From a cyanobacterium endosymbiont of Epithemia turgida isolate EtSB Lake Yunoko (GTDB taxonomy: Bacteria > Cyanobacteriota > Cyanobacteriia > Cyanobacteriales > Microcystaceae), in contig NZ_AP012549.1 of NCBI RefSeq assembly GCF_000829235.1, positions 1,110,001-1,142,000 of the forward strand: DNA of 32,000 nt, given 5' to 3'. Of the stretch, positions 1 through 10,258 are shown in pieces (position 1 is the stretch's first letter; each line of letters opens with the position of its first letter). Under the pieces are notes generated by a model that was not told the origin of the DNA, did no database searches, and worked only from the letters and a program-made list of their open reading frames with translations. The position numbers and the translations under genes are program-made.

Positions 1-314
1 TTAAAATAAGAAGAATATATTTTATTTTTTTTAAAAATTCCGTTAATTGATAGAAAGAATAAAAATACAGAAATGATCTTAATCACAAAATAATAAATAC
101 TTCGATAAGATTGGGACTATATTTTATGTCTGAAGTATTATCAAATATCAGTAAATATCGCTTACAGCATAGAGCTCCTACTTCCTTTTTCTTTCCTTAC
201 GTTCCGTCACTTAAGTACTTCTGTATAGATCAATGTCTTGTGTATAATTAGTTACTTGAGTACAGCAGATAGGACAAACAACCGCTTTACACCTCACCTA
301 AATTAACAAAATCT

Positions 315-1277
315 ATGGCTGTTTTTATACCAGATCGCCCCATCCGTATCGGTTCGCGTAAAAGTCAGTTAGCTTTAGTACAAACCTATTGGGTTCAAAA
401 AGAACTGCAAAGTTACTATCCTGAACGCCAATTTGACGTGGCAACCATGAATACTCAAGGCGATAAAATTCTCGATATTCCCCTGGCTAAAATTGGTGAT
501 AAAGGTCTATTTACCAAGGAATTAGAAGTAGCCATGGAGCAAAATCAAGTTGATTTTGCCGTGCATTCTCTCAAAGACCTCCCTACTAATCTACCAGATG
601 GTTTAATGTTAGGGTGTGTTACTGAAAGAATTGATCCGGCTGATGCGATTGTTTTTAATAAAAAGCATCAGGAGAAACAATTAGAGACTTTACCCGAAGG
701 GGCAATTATTGGTACTTCTTCCTTACGTCGTTTAGTCCAACTGCGCTGTCATTTTCCCAATTTAACCTTTAAAGAGGTGCGAGGTAATGTTAATACTCGC
801 CTTAGAAAACTTGATGAGGGAGAATACGATGCGATTGTTCTAGCTGTAGCAGGTTTACAGCGTTTAGATATGTGTGATCGCGTCCATCAAGTCATTAAGA
901 AAGAGATTTGCCTTCATGCTGTAGGACAGGGAGCTTTAGGGCTCGAATGTCGTGAAAGAGATGAAGAGATCCTAGAAATACTCAAAGTATTAGAACACGA
1001 ACCGACCCGAGATCGCTGTTATGCTGAACGAGCATTTTTACGAGAACTAGAAGGCGGTTGTCAGGTTCCGATTGGTGTGAATACAACTATCGAAGGAGAT
1101 ACCCTAACTTTAACGGGAATGGTGGCTAGTCCCGATGGTCAAATCCTAATTAAAGACACTATTAGTGGACAAAGAAAGTTTGCAGAGCAAATAGGACTAG
1201 ATTTAGCTAAATGTTTACGAGATGCCGGTGCAGATCAAATATTAGCAGAAATTTTTGCTCAAATTGAACGAGGATAG
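315..1277 (+). CDS. hemC: Porphobilinogen deaminase (hydroxymethylbilane synthase)
   Basis: 320-aa ORF with family motifs [40 protein letters not shown] and [20 protein letters not shown] contains the cofactor-binding Cys. Length is typical. Confidence 0.95.
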   Translation: MAVFIPDRPIRIGSRKSQLALVQTYWVQKELQSYYPERQFDVATMNTQGDKILDIPLAKIGDKGLFTKELEVAMEQNQVDFAVHSLKDLPTNLPDGLMLGCVTERIDPADAIVFNKKHQEKQLETLPEGAIIGTSSLRRLVQLRCHFPNLTFKEVRGNVNTRLRKLDEGEYDAIVLAVAGLQRLDMCDRVHQVIKKEICLHAVGQGALGLECRERDEEILEILKVLEHEPTRDRCYAERAFLRELEGGCQVPIGVNTTIEGDTLTLTGMVASPDGQILIKDTISGQRKFAEQIGLDLAKCLRDAGADQILAEIFAQIERG

Positions 1278-1333
1278 GGCTGAATAAGGATAAATTTTAT
1301 TTGCAAGTGATAGGCTAACACGTATTCTAAAAT

Positions 1334-1370
1334 TTAGGTTAATCATTTTGACTACTTCTGTTTAACCTAA
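1334..1370. terminator. 9-bp inverted repeat between convergent hemC and hemF (weak bidirectional terminator candidate)
   Basis: ttaggttaa (1334-1342) pairs with ttaacctaa (1362-1370), with a 19-nt loop. It is the only structure in the 108-nt convergent gap. Confidence 0.3.
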
Positions 1371-1385
1371 CTCTTGTGCTGACTT

Positions 1386-2420
1386 TTAACATTGATGCCA
1401 ATTCGCCCAATCTTGAGGTTTCAAGAAAGTGTCACGTAACTCAAATTCAGGAGTATTCGGTTCAGGAGAATAACAATATTCCCAACGTACTAATGGCGGC
1501 AAAGACATGAGAATTGATTCAGTCCGTCCGTTGGTTTGTAACCCAAAAATAGTCCCGCGATCATAGACTAAATTAAACTCTACATATCGTCCCCGTCGAT
1601 ATAATTGGAATTGCCTTTCCCTGTTTCCATATTCTGTATTGCGTCGCTTTTCCACGATCGGAACATAGGCTGGAAAAAAAGCCTGCCCACAGCTATTAAC
1701 AAAAGCAAAAAGGTCTTCCCAAGTGCGGGGTTCTAAAGGAAGCAGTTGGTTGCTGTGAAGGGACGCTGCTTTGTCAGTGTAAGGACCGCGGTATAAAGAA
1801 GTTAAGCCATCTTGATAATCGAAGAAAATGCCACCGACTCCGCGCATTTCTTGCCTATGCTTAAGATAAAAATATTCATCACACCAAGGTTTAAAGACAG
1901 CGTAATATTCTGGATGATGTTTATCACAAGCTTCTTTAAGGGTACGGTGAAAATGGGCAACATCTTCAGCAAAAGGATAATAAGGGGTTAAATCAATCCC
2001 CCCCCCAAACCACCACACGGGACCAGCTTCAAAATAACGACAATTGAGGTGAATAGTCGGAATATAGGGATTACAGGGATGGAGAACCATAGAGGTCCCC
2101 GTAGCATAAAAACCATGCTCTTCAGTCTCTGGTCGTTGTATCAAAATAGACGGAGGTAACTGTTGCCCCCAGACTTCTGAGAAGTTTACTCCACCCTGTT
2201 CGAACACACCACCATCACGAAGAACACGGGAACGCCCTCCTCCTCCTTCTTCTCGTTGCCAACCATATTCACGGAATTTACTTTGACCATCAACTTCTTC
2301 AAGTTTGGCACAGATTTCATCTTGAAGATTTTTCATAAACTGACTAACCTTTTTCTGTGCATCTTCAGGAGGAAGGGAAGCTCTTTTTAGAGGGCTTGAG
2401 TCTGTTGTTAAGGAGGTCAT
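1386..2420 (-). CDS. hemF: Oxygen-dependent coproporphyrinogen III oxidase
   Basis: 344-aa ORF with HemF motifs [20 protein letters not shown] and [34 protein letters not shown]. Convergent with hemC. Confidence 0.95.
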   Translation of the reverse strand: MTSLTTDSSPLKRASLPPEDAQKKVSQFMKNLQDEICAKLEEVDGQSKFREYGWQREEGGGGRSRVLRDGGVFEQGGVNFSEVWGQQLPPSILIQRPETEEHGFYATGTSMVLHPCNPYIPTIHLNCRYFEAGPVWWFGGGIDLTPYYPFAEDVAHFHRTLKEACDKHHPEYYAVFKPWCDEYFYLKHRQEMRGVGGIFFDYQDGLTSLYRGPYTDKAASLHSNQLLPLEPRTWEDLFAFVNSCGQAFFPAYVPIVEKRRNTEYGNRERQFQLYRRGRYVEFNLVYDRGTIFGLQTNGRTESILMSLPPLVRWEYCYSPEPNTPEFELRDTFLKPQDWANWHQC

Positions 2421-3326
2421 AGTATTTATGGTTTAGTTTGTTATACTTCATGCCTTGATTGAGAAACGTCCTAAGAGACAATTGGGTAAATACAGCAGGA
2501 ATCTATTCCTTAGGTTATGATCTGTTTAACTTTTTTGTTACAGCCTTAGAACATTATATAAGGACGATTCAAGTTACTATTAATTAATTAATAGCAACTT
2601 GTTAGGAGCATTAAGCTAGTCATTGACAATGTATCTTAATAGTTAATTAAGACTAGTGTTTGTTGGATGCAACAATGATCGACGGTGGCTATATTCCAGA
2701 GGATATTTGAAGTATTTTAACTTTAGACAATTTTTGATACTTTTCGAAAGGGTTAGAAAACGATAGAAAATTAATTTATTTTATTGATCTGGTATTTAGT
2801 ATCTTGTTCAAGGAAGAGAAAATGAGTATTTTTTAAAAAAAAAATTCCAAAAATAATAAATTTATTGATATTAAATATTTTAAATTATTTTTGTAAAATC
2901 AGGAGTTAGTTATCGCAAGTGTAAATATTTTTATCAGTTTTTTTATGATGGTATTTAAAGCTTATAGATATCTTGCTATATATGTTGTGATTAATTTTCA
3001 AAAAATATCTCTCTAGAAGAATAGAGAGTAAGATAACTAACTACATTAAATTTTAAAAAAGTAATTCTAATATGCTTAATTTTTTAGGTGTTAAACAAAA
3101 AATACTTAAACTTTAAATTTTAAAAATAACTGATTATACTCATACTTACACAAAATAATTTATTTATCAAATTTTAGAGTGTTATGTCTTCACAAACAAG
3201 AACATATGTCAAAGGCAATTTAATATTTAAAGAATTCGATTATAGAAGATATTATTGTTGAAAATTTATAATTCAATACTATCAAAAAATATATATATAT
3301 GACATATTTTATAAATAAAATATTTT

Positions 3327-3376
3327 AAATATTAAAACCTCAAATAACTTAAAAGTTATTTGAGGTTTTAATATTT
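3327..3376. repeat. 24-bp perfect inverted repeat (hairpin), orphan
   Basis: aaatattaaaacctcaaataactt (3327-3350) pairs with aagttatttgaggttttaatattt (3353-3376). It sits in the divergent hemF/crtQ spacer, about 900 nt from hemF and 400 nt from crtQ. Confidence 0.9.
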
Positions 3377-3529
3377 TGCTTGTTATCAACAATATAGTGA
3401 AATAAGTCCATGTTAATATTTAGCAGATTTCTACTATACTAGAGCTAGGTAGAGCCCCAACATTATACTTGACTTCTCTATTTCAAGAGGTTAGGCAGAA
3501 TTTATAGATAATATTTTGTATCGGTTTTA

Positions 3530-3570
3530 AATTATCGCTTATAATTTTGACAAAATTATAAGCGATAGTT
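3530..3570. repeat. 16-bp perfect inverted repeat (19 bp with one G-T step), 3-nt loop, orphan
   Basis: tatcgcttataatttt (3533-3548), loop gac, then aaaattataagcgata (3552-3567). Pairing extends to 3530/3570 through one wobble. Confidence 0.9.
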
Positions 3571-3708
3571 AAATAAATATTTTAGAGAATTGATTTAGCT
3601 AAATTGAACCTAGGAGATATAAAAAAAGAGTGGGACGGATAAAAATAGTCAACAAACATATATTTTTGCTATTGAATCAAACTCAATAAACAGCAATTAA
3701 AGTGCAGT

Positions 3709-3737
3709 TAATAGATTGAGCTATAGCTCATCTATTA
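3709..3737. promoter_or_regulatory. Near-perfect 29-bp palindrome 41 nt upstream of the crtQ start
   Basis: ttaatagat(t)gagcta|tagctcatctattaa. The core gagctatagctc (3718-3729) is a perfect palindrome. The arms continue to 3709/3737 with a single bulged T at 3716. Its function (operator or 5'-UTR hairpin) is not established. Confidence 0.4.
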
Positions 3738-3777
3738 CAATCTGTAAAAATAAATCAAATAAATTAAGGAAGATAGA

Positions 3778-5211
3778 ATGCGGGTTGTAATCGTTGGTGC
3801 AGGGTTAGCCGGACTAACCACCGCTATTGATTTGGTTGATGCCGGTTACGAGGTTGAAATTTTAGAATCTCGCCCTTTTATCGGAGGAAAAGTAGGCAGT
3901 TGGACCGATGATGAAGGGAATCATATTGAAATGGGGTTACATGTCTTTTTTGGCTGCTATTACAATCTATTTACTCTAATGGAAAAAGTGGGAGCAAGCC
4001 AAAATTTACGTCTAAAACAACACATCCATACCTTTATTAATAAAGGTGGACGGGTTGGAGAATTAAATTTTCGTTTCCTTGCTGGTGCTCCTTTTAATGG
4101 GTTAAAAGCTTTTTTTACTACTTCTCAACTTTCTACGTTTGATAAAATTTCTAACTCTTTAGCTTTAGGAATCAGCCCTATTGTATGGGGATTAATAGAT
4201 TTCAATAGGGCAATAAAAACTATCAGGGAATTAGATACTATTAGCTTTGCAGACTGGTTTCGTCAACATGGGGGAAATAATGGCAGCCTTAAGCGAATGT
4301 GGAATCCCATCGCCTACGCTTTAGGATTTATCGATACAGAAAATATTTCAGCTCGTTGTATGCTGACAATTTTTCTATTTTTTGCTACGAAAACTGAAGC
4401 ATCTGTGTTACAAATGTTAGAAGGTTCTCCTTATAAATATATTCATAAACCGATTATTGATTACCTTGAAATAAGGAAAGCAAAAATTTATACACGACGG
4501 CGTGTTAGAAACATTTTATTCCAAGAAAATGATAATAGAACTCAGGTAACTGGACTAACTGTTGCCAATGGAAAAACCGAAGAAATCATTGCAGCAGACA
4601 TTTATGTCTGTGCCTGTGATGTCCCTGGAATTAAACGAATAATTCCTCAAAACTGGCGTAAGTGGTCACTGTTTGACAATATTTATAAGTTGGAAACAGT
4701 TCCTGTTGTGACGGTACAATTACGCTTTGATGGTTGGGTGACCGAATTAAAGGATTCCAAAAAACGCGAACAATTACAAAAAGCAGTTGGACTCGATAAC
4801 TTATTGTATACACCTGATGCAGATTTCTCTTGTTTTGCTGATTTGGCTTTAACAAGTCCTGGAGATTATTATAAAGAGGGACAAGGATCTTTATTACAAC
4901 TAGTGTTAACTCCTGGTAATTTATTTATTAAAGAGAAGAATGAAACTATTGCTTATCATATTTTAAATCAAGTCTATAATCTGTTCCCTTCCTCAAAAAA
5001 TCTAAAAATGATTTGGTATAGTGTTGTTAAACTAGTACAGTCTTTGTATCGAGAAGCGCCCGGAATAGATCCTTATCGTCCTACGCAAGATACTCCTGTT
5101 TCTAACTTTTTCCTAGCAGGAAGTTATACTCAACAGGATTACATTGATAGCATGGAAGGGGCAACAATTTCAGGAAAACAAGCTGCGAAAGTTATTTTAG
5201 AAAAAGCATAA
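3778..5211 (+). CDS. crtQ: Zeta-carotene desaturase
   Basis: 477-aa ORF with an N-terminal FAD dinucleotide fold ([11 protein letters not shown]). The ZDS-type block [27 protein letters not shown] distinguishes it from phytoene desaturase. AAGGAAG lies 8 nt upstream of the ATG. Confidence 0.9.
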   Translation: MRVVIVGAGLAGLTTAIDLVDAGYEVEILESRPFIGGKVGSWTDDEGNHIEMGLHVFFGCYYNLFTLMEKVGASQNLRLKQHIHTFINKGGRVGELNFRFLAGAPFNGLKAFFTTSQLSTFDKISNSLALGISPIVWGLIDFNRAIKTIRELDTISFADWFRQHGGNNGSLKRMWNPIAYALGFIDTENISARCMLTIFLFFATKTEASVLQMLEGSPYKYIHKPIIDYLEIRKAKIYTRRRVRNILFQENDNRTQVTGLTVANGKTEEIIAADIYVCACDVPGIKRIIPQNWRKWSLFDNIYKLETVPVVTVQLRFDGWVTELKDSKKREQLQKAVGLDNLLYTPDADFSCFADLALTSPGDYYKEGQGSLLQLVLTPGNLFIKEKNETIAYHILNQVYNLFPSSKNLKMIWYSVVKLVQSLYREAPGIDPYRPTQDTPVSNFFLAGSYTQQDYIDSMEGATISGKQAAKVILEKA

Positions 5212-5314
5212 AACGTTAAAACCTATCACTAACCTATCATAACTTGTTAATATACTGAGGACAGTGGGCATTGCTAACTTTCTTTATTAATCAGTCGTTA
5301 ATCTTAACTAAATA

Positions 5315-5764
5315 ATGTCTAATTGGTTAGAACATAGCGTACAAGTTGAAGTGGATGCTCCGATTGACTTAGTTTGGAGTCTTTGGTCAGATCTTGAACA
5401 AATGCCTCACTGGATGAAGTGGATAGACTCAGTTCAAGTATTAGAAAATGATCCTGAATTGTCTCGATGGAAATTAGCGAGTAGTAGCTTTGAATTTACT
5501 TGGTTATCTCGGATTCTGAAATTAGTTTCTCACCAAATTATACAATGGGAATCTGTCGAGGGATTACCTAATCGTGGGGCAGTTAGATTTTATGATCGTC
5601 ATGGAAAAAGTATTGTCCGCTTAACAATAGCTTATAATATCCCTAATTTTTTAGGACAACTGATGGAAAGTTTATTTTTAGGAAGAATTGTCGAGTCAAC
5701 CGTTAGAGCTGATTTAGAAAGATTTAAAGAATACACGATAAAACTTCAGAAAAGTTTAGGATAA
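5315..5764 (+). CDS. SRPBCC (cyclase/dehydrase-like) family protein
   Basis: 149-aa ORF. Its size and pattern (WSDLEQMPHWMKWI, RFYD..G.S.VRLTIAY) fit the START/Polyketide_cyc2-like ligand-binding fold. It sits directly downstream of crtQ on the same strand. Confidence 0.7.
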   Translation: MSNWLEHSVQVEVDAPIDLVWSLWSDLEQMPHWMKWIDSVQVLENDPELSRWKLASSSFEFTWLSRILKLVSHQIIQWESVEGLPNRGAVRFYDRHGKSIVRLTIAYNIPNFLGQLMESLFLGRIVESTVRADLERFKEYTIKLQKSLG

Positions 5765-5824
5765 TTACACTCTAACTTATGTTAGGAGTTTAGTAGGTAT
5801 AAGTTTTTGAATCATGGAGATTTA

Positions 5825-6856
5825 ATGAATAAAGATTTTAGGAAAGGTTGGTCTATTCCTCGTATTTTGGATACTAACCTCGATCGCGCCAGAGAAGGAT
5901 TAAGAATTATCGAAGAATGGTGTCGCTTTGGACTGGAAAATAGTCAGTTGGCCGAAGAATGTAAGCAAATGCGCCAAGAAGTTGCGCGTTGGCATTCTCA
6001 TGAAATACGTCTTGCGAGGGATACTTTAAATGATCCTGGAACAATGTTATCCCATCCTCAAGAAGAAACCCGTAGAAGTATTGAGGATCTTCTACAATCT
6101 AATTTATGCCGTATTCAAGAAGCATTAAGAGTCCTAGAAGAATATGGTAAGCTCTATCAAGTTGAGATGGGTATTACTTTTAAAAATATTCGCTATCAGG
6201 TTTACATTTTAGAGAGTAATTTATTGACCCATAATCGTTATCAAAAACTCAACAAATCTTTACTTTATTTAGTGACTTCTAGTTCGAAAAATATTTTATC
6301 AATTGTTGAATCTGCTTTGAAAGAGGGGGTAACTTTAGTTCAATATAGGGATAAAAATAACGATGATATTTTTATCCTACAAACTGCTAGAGATATTTGT
6401 CAGTTATGCCATGATTATAATGGCTTGTTTATTATGAATGATCGGGTTGATTTAGCATTAGCCGTTAATGCAGATGGAGTACATTTAGGACAACAAGATA
6501 TCCCTATATCCTTAGCAAGACAGATTTTAGGACCAAACAGTATTGTCGGGTGTTCGACCACTAATCCTCAAGAAATGGCTCAAGCGATCACTCAAGGAGC
6601 AGATTATATTGGGGTGGGTCCAGTCTATGCAACTCCTACCAAACCAGGAAAAATTCCAGCCGGTTTAGACTATGTTAATTATGCTCAAAAACATTCCCCC
6701 ATTCCTTGGTTTGCTATTGGAGGAATTAATCACGAAAACATTAATGAAGTAATTACAGCAGGAGCTAAACAAGTAGCCATTGTTCGTGCTATTATGGAAG
6801 CAGATAACCCCGCTACTATTACTCAAGAACTACTGAAAAAATTAACCATCGGCTGA
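5825..6856 (+). CDS. thiE: Thiamine-phosphate synthase with an N-terminal extension of about 150 aa
   Basis: The C-terminal half carries ThiE motifs (GVHLGQQD, IGVGPVYATPTKPG, WFAIGGI). The track ORF starts at TTG 5807. I prefer ATG 5825, which is preceded by GGAG 5 nt upstream. Confidence 0.85.
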   Translation: MNKDFRKGWSIPRILDTNLDRAREGLRIIEEWCRFGLENSQLAEECKQMRQEVARWHSHEIRLARDTLNDPGTMLSHPQEETRRSIEDLLQSNLCRIQEALRVLEEYGKLYQVEMGITFKNIRYQVYILESNLLTHNRYQKLNKSLLYLVTSSSKNILSIVESALKEGVTLVQYRDKNNDDIFILQTARDICQLCHDYNGLFIMNDRVDLALAVNADGVHLGQQDIPISLARQILGPNSIVGCSTTNPQEMAQAITQGADYIGVGPVYATPTKPGKIPAGLDYVNYAQKHSPIPWFAIGGINHENINEVITAGAKQVAIVRAIMEADNPATITQELLKKLTIG

Positions 6857-6932
6857 TTTAAAATGTTCAAATTATTTTATCATAAACTTTATTTTTAACT
6901 AAGTTATTTATAACAGTAACTAGGACTATTCT

Positions 6933-7160
6933 ATGAGCGCCTTATCCGAGATTACCCTACAAGTTAACGGCAAATCAACAACTTGTCCTTCTAATATGAC
7001 TTTACCAAAACTTTTGGAAAAAATGAGATTAAATCCACGTTTAGTAGCAGTGGAATATAATGGAGAAATTCTGCATCGACAATATTGGGATAACACCCAG
7101 TTAAAAACAAATGATCGCTTAGAAGTTGTTACTATTGTGGGAGGAGGAAGTGAAAATTAA
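6933..7160 (+). CDS. thiS: Sulfur-carrier protein ThiS
   Basis: 75-aa ubiquitin-like ORF (VAVEYNGEIL ... LEVVTIVGGG), adjacent to thiE. It ends GGGSEN rather than at the Gly-Gly. Confidence 0.8.
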   Translation: MSALSEITLQVNGKSTTCPSNMTLPKLLEKMRLNPRLVAVEYNGEILHRQYWDNTQLKTNDRLEVVTIVGGGSEN

Positions 7161-7176
7161 TTAATAATTAATAGTT

Positions 7177-7839
7177 ATGTTCAATAAAACTCTGGGAATT
7201 GACCCAAAATTGTATGAGTATTTAAAATTGGTTTCTGTCAGAGAACCCAGTATTCTAAAAGAGCTTCGTCAAGAAACTGCTAACTATCCTATGGCTAGGA
7301 TGCAAATTGCTCCTGAACAAGGTCAACTCATGGCCTTGCTGGTTCAGTTAATGGGAGCCAAAAAAACCCTGGAGTTGGGAGTCTTTAGGGGATATAGTTC
7401 ATTAGCGGTTGCTTTAGCTCTTCCTGATGAAGGTACAGTAATAGCATGTGATATAAGTCAAGAATATACAACTATCGCACGTCATTATTGGGACAAGGCT
7501 AAAGTTTCTCACAAGATAGACTTACGGATAGCTCCAGCTCTAGAAACCTTAGACAAACTGATAGCTGAAGGACAGGGTAATACTTTTGACTTTGCTTTTA
7601 TTGATGCTGACAAAAGCAATTATGATAATTATTACGAACAAGTTTTGAAACTAGTACGACCTGGAGGGTTAATTGCTATTGATAATGTTTTATGGGGAGG
7701 AAAAATTGTCGATGAAAATATTAAAGATAACCGAACCCAAAAAATGCGAGCTTTAAATGAAAAAATTTATAACGATTCAAGAGTCAATATTAGTTTAATT
7801 CCCATTGCTGATGGATTAACATTATTGTTGAAACGATAA
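7177..7839 (+). CDS. Cation-dependent class I SAM O-methyltransferase (caffeoyl-CoA OMT-like)
   Basis: 220-aa ORF with the SAM-binding block LELGVFRGYSSLAVA, the metal/substrate block FDFAFIDADK, and GGLIAIDNVLWGG. Confidence 0.85.
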   Translation: MFNKTLGIDPKLYEYLKLVSVREPSILKELRQETANYPMARMQIAPEQGQLMALLVQLMGAKKTLELGVFRGYSSLAVALALPDEGTVIACDISQEYTTIARHYWDKAKVSHKIDLRIAPALETLDKLIAEGQGNTFDFAFIDADKSNYDNYYEQVLKLVRPGGLIAIDNVLWGGKIVDENIKDNRTQKMRALNEKIYNDSRVNISLIPIADGLTLLLKR

Positions 7840-8357
7840 TCTACATTATTAGATTTCAATAAGGCAAATATTAAACGAATGACAATCACTAACGATAATC
7901 TCCTGAAGAGAACGCAATAATTGCGATCCTTTAAAAGAAAAGGATTTAGTTACTATGTAAGTAAGGGACGGACAGATTTAGAAACGAATAGTTGATATTT
8001 ACACTCAGTGCAGCGTGAAGGTTTTGATGTAAGTAGGGAGAAGTAGACATAAATCTCAGTTATACCTATACCCAGCAATTTTGCTGATCACCTAGTTTGC
8101 TAATGCAACAAAAAATTATAGAATAATGTTTATTGATTGCAAGGAAAACCTAAAACAACTCACCTTAACCATTAATTTAGAATTTAATGAATCATTGTTT
8201 GGGAAAATACAGGTAGTCTCTGATGAACTGAAGATTTGTCACCCGATGGCTCGGTTAAACTTTTCTAAGCTATTCAGCGAATATATCTTGATGTTGCTTT
8301 CAAAACAAGAAAACTAAAATAGAAATTTATAGACATAAGTTTAAGACGGTATACCCT

Positions 8358-10217
8358 GTGGTTTCTTCAATTGAGAAAATAGCTTCAACTTTACCTGGAA
8401 CTCCTCAACGACGAACAGGAGCTTTTGTCCTAATAGACAGCTTAGTTCGTCAAGGTGTTAAACATATTTTTGGTTATCCGGGGGGAGCTATCCTGCCCAT
8501 TTATGATGAACTGTATAGGGCTGAAAGCAAAGGATATTTACAACATTTCCTGGTGAGACACGAACAAGCTGCCGCTCATGCAGCCGATGGTTATGCTCGT
8601 GCAACTGGTAAAGTAGGAATTTGTTTCGGAACGTCAGGTCCAGGAGCGACGAACCTAGTAACGGGTATTGCCACGGCACACATGGATTCAATTCCCATGA
8701 TTATTGTCACTGGACAGGTAGGACGAGCATCCATTGGAAGCGATGCCTTCCAAGAAACTGATATTTTTGGCATTACGCTACCTCTGGTGAAGCATTCTTA
8801 TGTGGTTCGTCATGCTAAGGATATGGCTAGGATAGTTGCTGAGGCGTTCCACATTGCCAGTACAGGACGGCCAGGACCTGTACTAATTGATGTTCCTAAA
8901 GATGTAGGTCTTGAAGAATGTGATTATATTCCCGTTGACCTCGGACAGGTTAGACTACCAGGGTATCGCCCTACAGTCAAGGGTAACCCTCGTCAGATTA
9001 ACGCAGCTTTGCGCCTAATTGAACAAGCCCAACGACCTTTACTTTACGTAGGTGGGGGAGCAATCTCTGCTAATGCTCATGCCCAAGTTAAAGAACTAGC
9101 CGAACGGTTCCAAATTCCCGTTGCTACTACCTTAATGGGAATCGGAGTATTTGATGAACATCACCCTCTCTCCGTGGCCATGTTGGGAATGCATGGAACC
9201 GCCTATGCTAACTTTGCTGTAAGCGAATGTGATCTTTTAGTTGCGGTGGGGGCGAGATTTGATGATAGGGTAACGGGAAAACTTGAAGAATTTGCCTCTC
9301 ATGCTAAAGTTATCCACATCGACATCGATCCAGCAGAGGTCGGAAAAAATCGTGCCCCAACCGTTCCCATTGTGGGAGATGTATGCTGGGTTCTAGAACA
9401 ACTACTAAAAAGGGCTAAGGAATTAGGCTTACCTGCCGACGTAGGAATAACTCGGTCCTGGTTGGCTAGAATTGATCGTTGGCGAGTAGAATATCCCTTG
9501 GTTGTCCCTCACTATGATCATAGTATTTCACCCCAAGAAGTCATTGCTGAGGTAGCTTCTCAGGCTCCCAATGCCTATTATACCACCGATGTGGGACAAC
9601 ACCAGATGTGGGCAGCTCAATTCTTAAAAAATGGTCCTCGTCGCTGGATTTCTAGTGGAGGATTAGGAACTATGGGCTATGGAATGCCCGCCGCTATGGG
9701 GGCAAAAGTAGCAGTTCCTGATGAAGAAGTTATTTGTATTACTGGAGATGCCAGTTTTCAAATGAATCTTCAAGAATTAGCTTCTTTATCACAATATAGG
9801 ATTAATGTCAAAACAATTATTATTAATAATGGTTGGCAGGGCATGGTGCGTCAATGGCAACAAACCTTCTTTGGAGAACGATACTCCTCCTCCAATATGC
9901 AAGTTGGAATGCCTAATTTTGAGCTCTTAGCCCAAGCATTTGGAGTCAAAGGGATGACTGTACGAGAACATTCTCAACTATCGAAGACGATTATTCAAAT
10001 GTTAGCCTATGACGGACCAGTGTTGATAGATGTTCATGTGACTAAGAATGAGAACTGTTATCCTATGGTAGCTCCAGGGAAGAGTAACGCCCAAATGCTT
10101 GGATTACCAAAGCGCAAAGCTATTGGAGAACCAATCACATCGATATGCTGTACCAATTGTGGCGAGAAAAACCCGACAACCAATCATTTTTGTTCTGCGT
10201 GTGGAACAAAATTGTAA
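8358..10217 (+). CDS. ilvB: Acetolactate synthase (AHAS) large subunit with a C-terminal zinc-ribbon tail
   Basis: 619-aa ORF with a GTG start. ThDP-enzyme motifs are [65 protein letters not shown] and [12 protein letters not shown]...NNG. The last 22 aa are [22 protein letters not shown]. Confidence 0.9.
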   Translation: MVSSIEKIASTLPGTPQRRTGAFVLIDSLVRQGVKHIFGYPGGAILPIYDELYRAESKGYLQHFLVRHEQAAAHAADGYARATGKVGICFGTSGPGATNLVTGIATAHMDSIPMIIVTGQVGRASIGSDAFQETDIFGITLPLVKHSYVVRHAKDMARIVAEAFHIASTGRPGPVLIDVPKDVGLEECDYIPVDLGQVRLPGYRPTVKGNPRQINAALRLIEQAQRPLLYVGGGAISANAHAQVKELAERFQIPVATTLMGIGVFDEHHPLSVAMLGMHGTAYANFAVSECDLLVAVGARFDDRVTGKLEEFASHAKVIHIDIDPAEVGKNRAPTVPIVGDVCWVLEQLLKRAKELGLPADVGITRSWLARIDRWRVEYPLVVPHYDHSISPQEVIAEVASQAPNAYYTTDVGQHQMWAAQFLKNGPRRWISSGGLGTMGYGMPAAMGAKVAVPDEEVICITGDASFQMNLQELASLSQYRINVKTIIINNGWQGMVRQWQQTFFGERYSSSNMQVGMPNFELLAQAFGVKGMTVREHSQLSKTIIQMLAYDGPVLIDVHVTKNENCYPMVAPGKSNAQMLGLPKRKAIGEPITSICCTNCGEKNPTTNHFCSACGTKL

Positions 10218-10254
10218 ACCTGGTGAGGATTCAAATTTTTTCTCGCCACAATTG
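10154..10254. repeat. 18-bp perfect inverted repeat bracketing the ilvB stop codon
   Basis: The left arm is caattgtggcgagaaaaa (10154-10171, inside the CDS, encoding part of TNCGEKN). The right arm is tttttctcgccacaattg (10237-10254, after stop 10215-10217). The spacer is 65 nt. Verified base by base. Confidence 0.9.
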
Positions 10255-10258
10255 CTTG

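Noticed and set aside
126-251. 41-codon ATG ORF upstream of hemC overlapping a TATAAT hexamer (243-248)
   Set aside because: It is too short and unrecognisable. The TATAAT may be the hemC -10 element, but no acceptable -35 element is present, so neither is reported as a feature.
2577-2594. 18-bp perfect palindrome ctattaattaattaatag upstream of hemF
   Set aside because: It is essentially a TTAA/TAAT low-complexity run, and a similar run occurs at 7157-7174. It is loop-less and likely compositional.
4631-4855. 74-aa ORF on the minus strand inside crtQ
   Set aside because: It is entirely antisense to a confidently identified gene, with a low-complexity, unrecognisable product. It is a typical shadow ORF.
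8126-8317. 63-aa ORF in the spacer upstream of ilvB
   Set aside because: There is no convincing ribosome-binding site and the composition matches the surrounding spacer. I recognise no homology, and open frames of this length are expected by chance here.
8488-8773. Two overlapping minus-strand ORFs (67 and 60 aa) inside ilvB
   Set aside because: They are antisense to the best-conserved part of ilvB and show no family resemblance.
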